The position numbers and the translations under genes are program-made. The notes beneath the pieces were generated by a model, which was not told the origin of the DNA, did no database searches, and was given only the letters and a program-made list of their open reading frames with translations. A DNA stretch of 63,281 bases, filler included, from Chiloscyllium plagiosum (taxonomy: Eukaryota): assembly GCF_004010195.1 (NCBI RefSeq). It is 8 parts of one record of this genome, joined end to end, with 100 filler letters (N's around TTAATTAATTAA, not from the genome) between each part and the next. Parts side by side here need not be neighbours in the genome. Positions count along the whole stretch, not along the records: positions 57,749 to 61,218 come from NC_057717.1; positions 61,319 to 63,281 come from NC_057717.1; 6 more parts are not named here. The stretch is one strand, 5' to 3'. Every line of letters begins with the position of its first letter. Position 1 is the stretch's first letter. Shown here piece after piece: positions 61,151-63,281 of this stretch.

Positions 61151-61318
61151 TACCCGTGTCGGTGTTCGCTTCAACATGACGAATCCAAATAGTAACTGAA
61201 AAATGTGTTGCTGGAAAANNNNNNNNNNNNNNNNNNNNNNNNNNNNNNNNNNNNNNNNNNNNTTAATTAATTAANNNNNNNNNNNNNNNNNNNNNNNNNN
61301 NNNNNNNNNNNNNNNNNN

Positions 61319-63281
61319 GCAACATGTACTGGGAAATAGAGAAGGCATGTCAGAAAGGCAAGGTCACGGTGATCATGGGAGACTTCAATATGCAGGTGGG
61401 CTGGGTAAATAATGTTGCCAGTGGATCCAAAGAAAGGGAATTCATGGAAATGATAGCAAAATTGTCTTTCAATACATAAGAAACAAACGACAGACAAAAG
61501 TAGACATTGGGCCACTTCAAACTGATGCTGGAAGCCTAGTGATGGGAGATAAGGAAATAGCTGGAGAACTTAATAAGTACTTTGCGTTAGTCTTCACAGT
61601 GGAAGACATGAGTAATATCCCAACAATTAAAGGGAGTCGGGAGCTGAGTTGAGTATGGTTGCCATTACAAAAGAGAAAGTGCTAGAAAAGCTATAAGGTC
61701 TTCAAATTAATAAATCTCCTGCCCCCGATGGGCTACATCCTAGAGTTCTGAAGGAGGTGGCTGAGGAACTAGCGGAGGCATTGGTTGAGACCTTTCAAAA
61801 GTCACTGGAGTCTGGGAAAGTCCCGGATGATTAGCAGATCGCTGTTGTAACCCCCTTGTTCAAGAAAGGATCAAGACAAAAGATGGAAAATCATAGGCCG
61901 ATTAGCCTAACCTCGGTTGTTGGTAAAATTCTAGAATCCATCATTAAGAATGAAGTTTCTAAATTCTTGGAAGAGCGGGGTCGGATTAAAACAAGTCACC
62001 ATGAATTTAGTAAGGGGAGGTCATGCCTGACAAACCTTTTGGAATTCTTTGAAGAGGTGACAAGTAGGTTAGACCAGGGAATCCCAGTGGATGTGGTCTA
62101 TTTAGACTTCCTAAAGGCCTTTGATAGAGTGCCACACGGGAGGCTGCTGAGTAAGGTGAGGGCCCATGGTGTTCGAGGTAAGCTGCTGGTATGGATTGAG
62201 GATTGTCTGTCTGACAGAAGGCAGAGAGTTGGGATAAAAGGTTCTTTTTCGGACTGGCAGACGATGACAAGTGGTGTCCCGCAGGGTTCAGTGTTGGGCC
62301 CGCAGCTGTTCACGTTACGTATTAATGATCTGGATGAAGGGAGTCGGGGCATTCTAGCGAATATGGCGATGATACCAAGTTAGGTGGACAGGCAGGTAGT
62401 ACTGAGGAAGTGGGGAGGCTGCAAAGGATCGAGACAGTTCGGGAGAGTGGTCCAGGAAATGGCTGATGGAATTCAATGTGAGCAAATGCGAGATCTTGCA
62501 CTTTGGAAAAAAGAATACAAGCATGGACTACGTTCGAAACGGTGAGAAAAGTCATAAAGCCAAAGTACAAAGGAATTTGGGAGTGCTATTCGAGGATTCC
62601 CTAAAGGTAAATATGCAGGTTGAGTCCGTGATTAAGAAAGCGAATGCAACGTTGTCATTTATCTCAAGAGGGTTGGAATATAAAAGCAGAGATGTACTAC
62701 TAAGACTTTATAAAGCTCTGGTTAGGCCCCATTTGGAGTACTGTGTCCAGTTTTGGACCCCACACCTCAGGAAGGACATACTGGCACTGGAACGTGCCCA
62801 GCGGAGATTCACACGGATGATCCCTGGAATGACAGATCTAACATATGAGGAACGGCTGAGGATACTGAGATTGTATTCGTTGGAGTTTAGAAGATTAAGG
62901 GGAGACTTAATAGAGACATACAAAATAATACATGGCTTGGAAAAGGTGGATGCTAGGAAATTGTTTCAGTTAAACGAGGAGACTAGGACCCGTGGACACA
63001 GCCTTAGAATTAGAGGGAGTCATTTCAGAACAGAAATGCGGAGACATTTCTTCAGCCAGAGAGTGGTGGGCCTGTGGAATTCATTGCCACAGAATGCAGT
63101 GGAAGCCGGGACGCTAAATGTCTTCAAGGCCGAGATTGATAGATTCTTGTTGTCTAGAGGAATTAAGGGCTACGGGGAGAACACTGGTAAGTGGAGCTGA
63201 AATGCGCATCAGACATGATTGAATGGCGGAGTGGACTCAATGGGCCGAATGGCCTTACTTCCACTCCTATGTCTTATAGTC
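61319..63281 (+). mobile_element. CR1 LINE ORF2 (APE remnant, RT) to 3' UTR
   Basis: VIMGDFN, an internal deletion near 61450, then FKKGS..HRPISLTSVVGKILE..YLDFLKAFD..GVPQGSVLGP..RPHLEYCVQFW..WNSLP; stop at 63200 and 3' UTR GGGCCGAATGGCCTTACTTCCACTCCTATGTCTTAT. Few disruptions. Confidence 0.95.

Overview
Repeat-dense, gene-poor eukaryotic DNA from a draft assembly. It is almost certainly a cartilaginous fish (shark/ray), inferred from HE1-type and SacSINE1-type SINEs, shark-type CR1 and Penelope elements and a GPR139-like receptor. No intact host gene is visible. From left to right: (1) a decayed tRNA gene cluster (Ser-GCT, Asp-GTC, His-GTG, iMet) preserved as a diverged inverted duplication (~2.7-7.2 kb vs ~9.8-12.5 kb); (2) a 5'-truncated class I (HERV-I/ERV-V-like) endogenous retrovirus with RNase H-integrase, a frameshifted gamma-type env, a PPT and a 783-bp 3' LTR (12.5-17.1 kb); (3) a ~9.7-kb C-rich 34-bp satellite starting just after the LTR; (4) a ~4.2-kb direct segmental duplication built largely from old minisatellites; (5) a Gmr1-type Gypsy relic with integrase upstream of RT, plus gag, PBS and LTR remnants; (6) a frameshifted GPR139/142-like GPCR exon; (7) many CR1, L2 and Penelope fragments. 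Penelope terminal repeats of at least two families carry minimal hammerhead-ribozyme cores and also occur as short solo insertions with target-site duplications. Seven 100-bp N gaps containing TTAATTAATTAA are artificial contig linkers, so adjacency across them is unproven. All family assignments are from motif recognition by eye, not database searches, and boundaries of degenerate elements are approximate.
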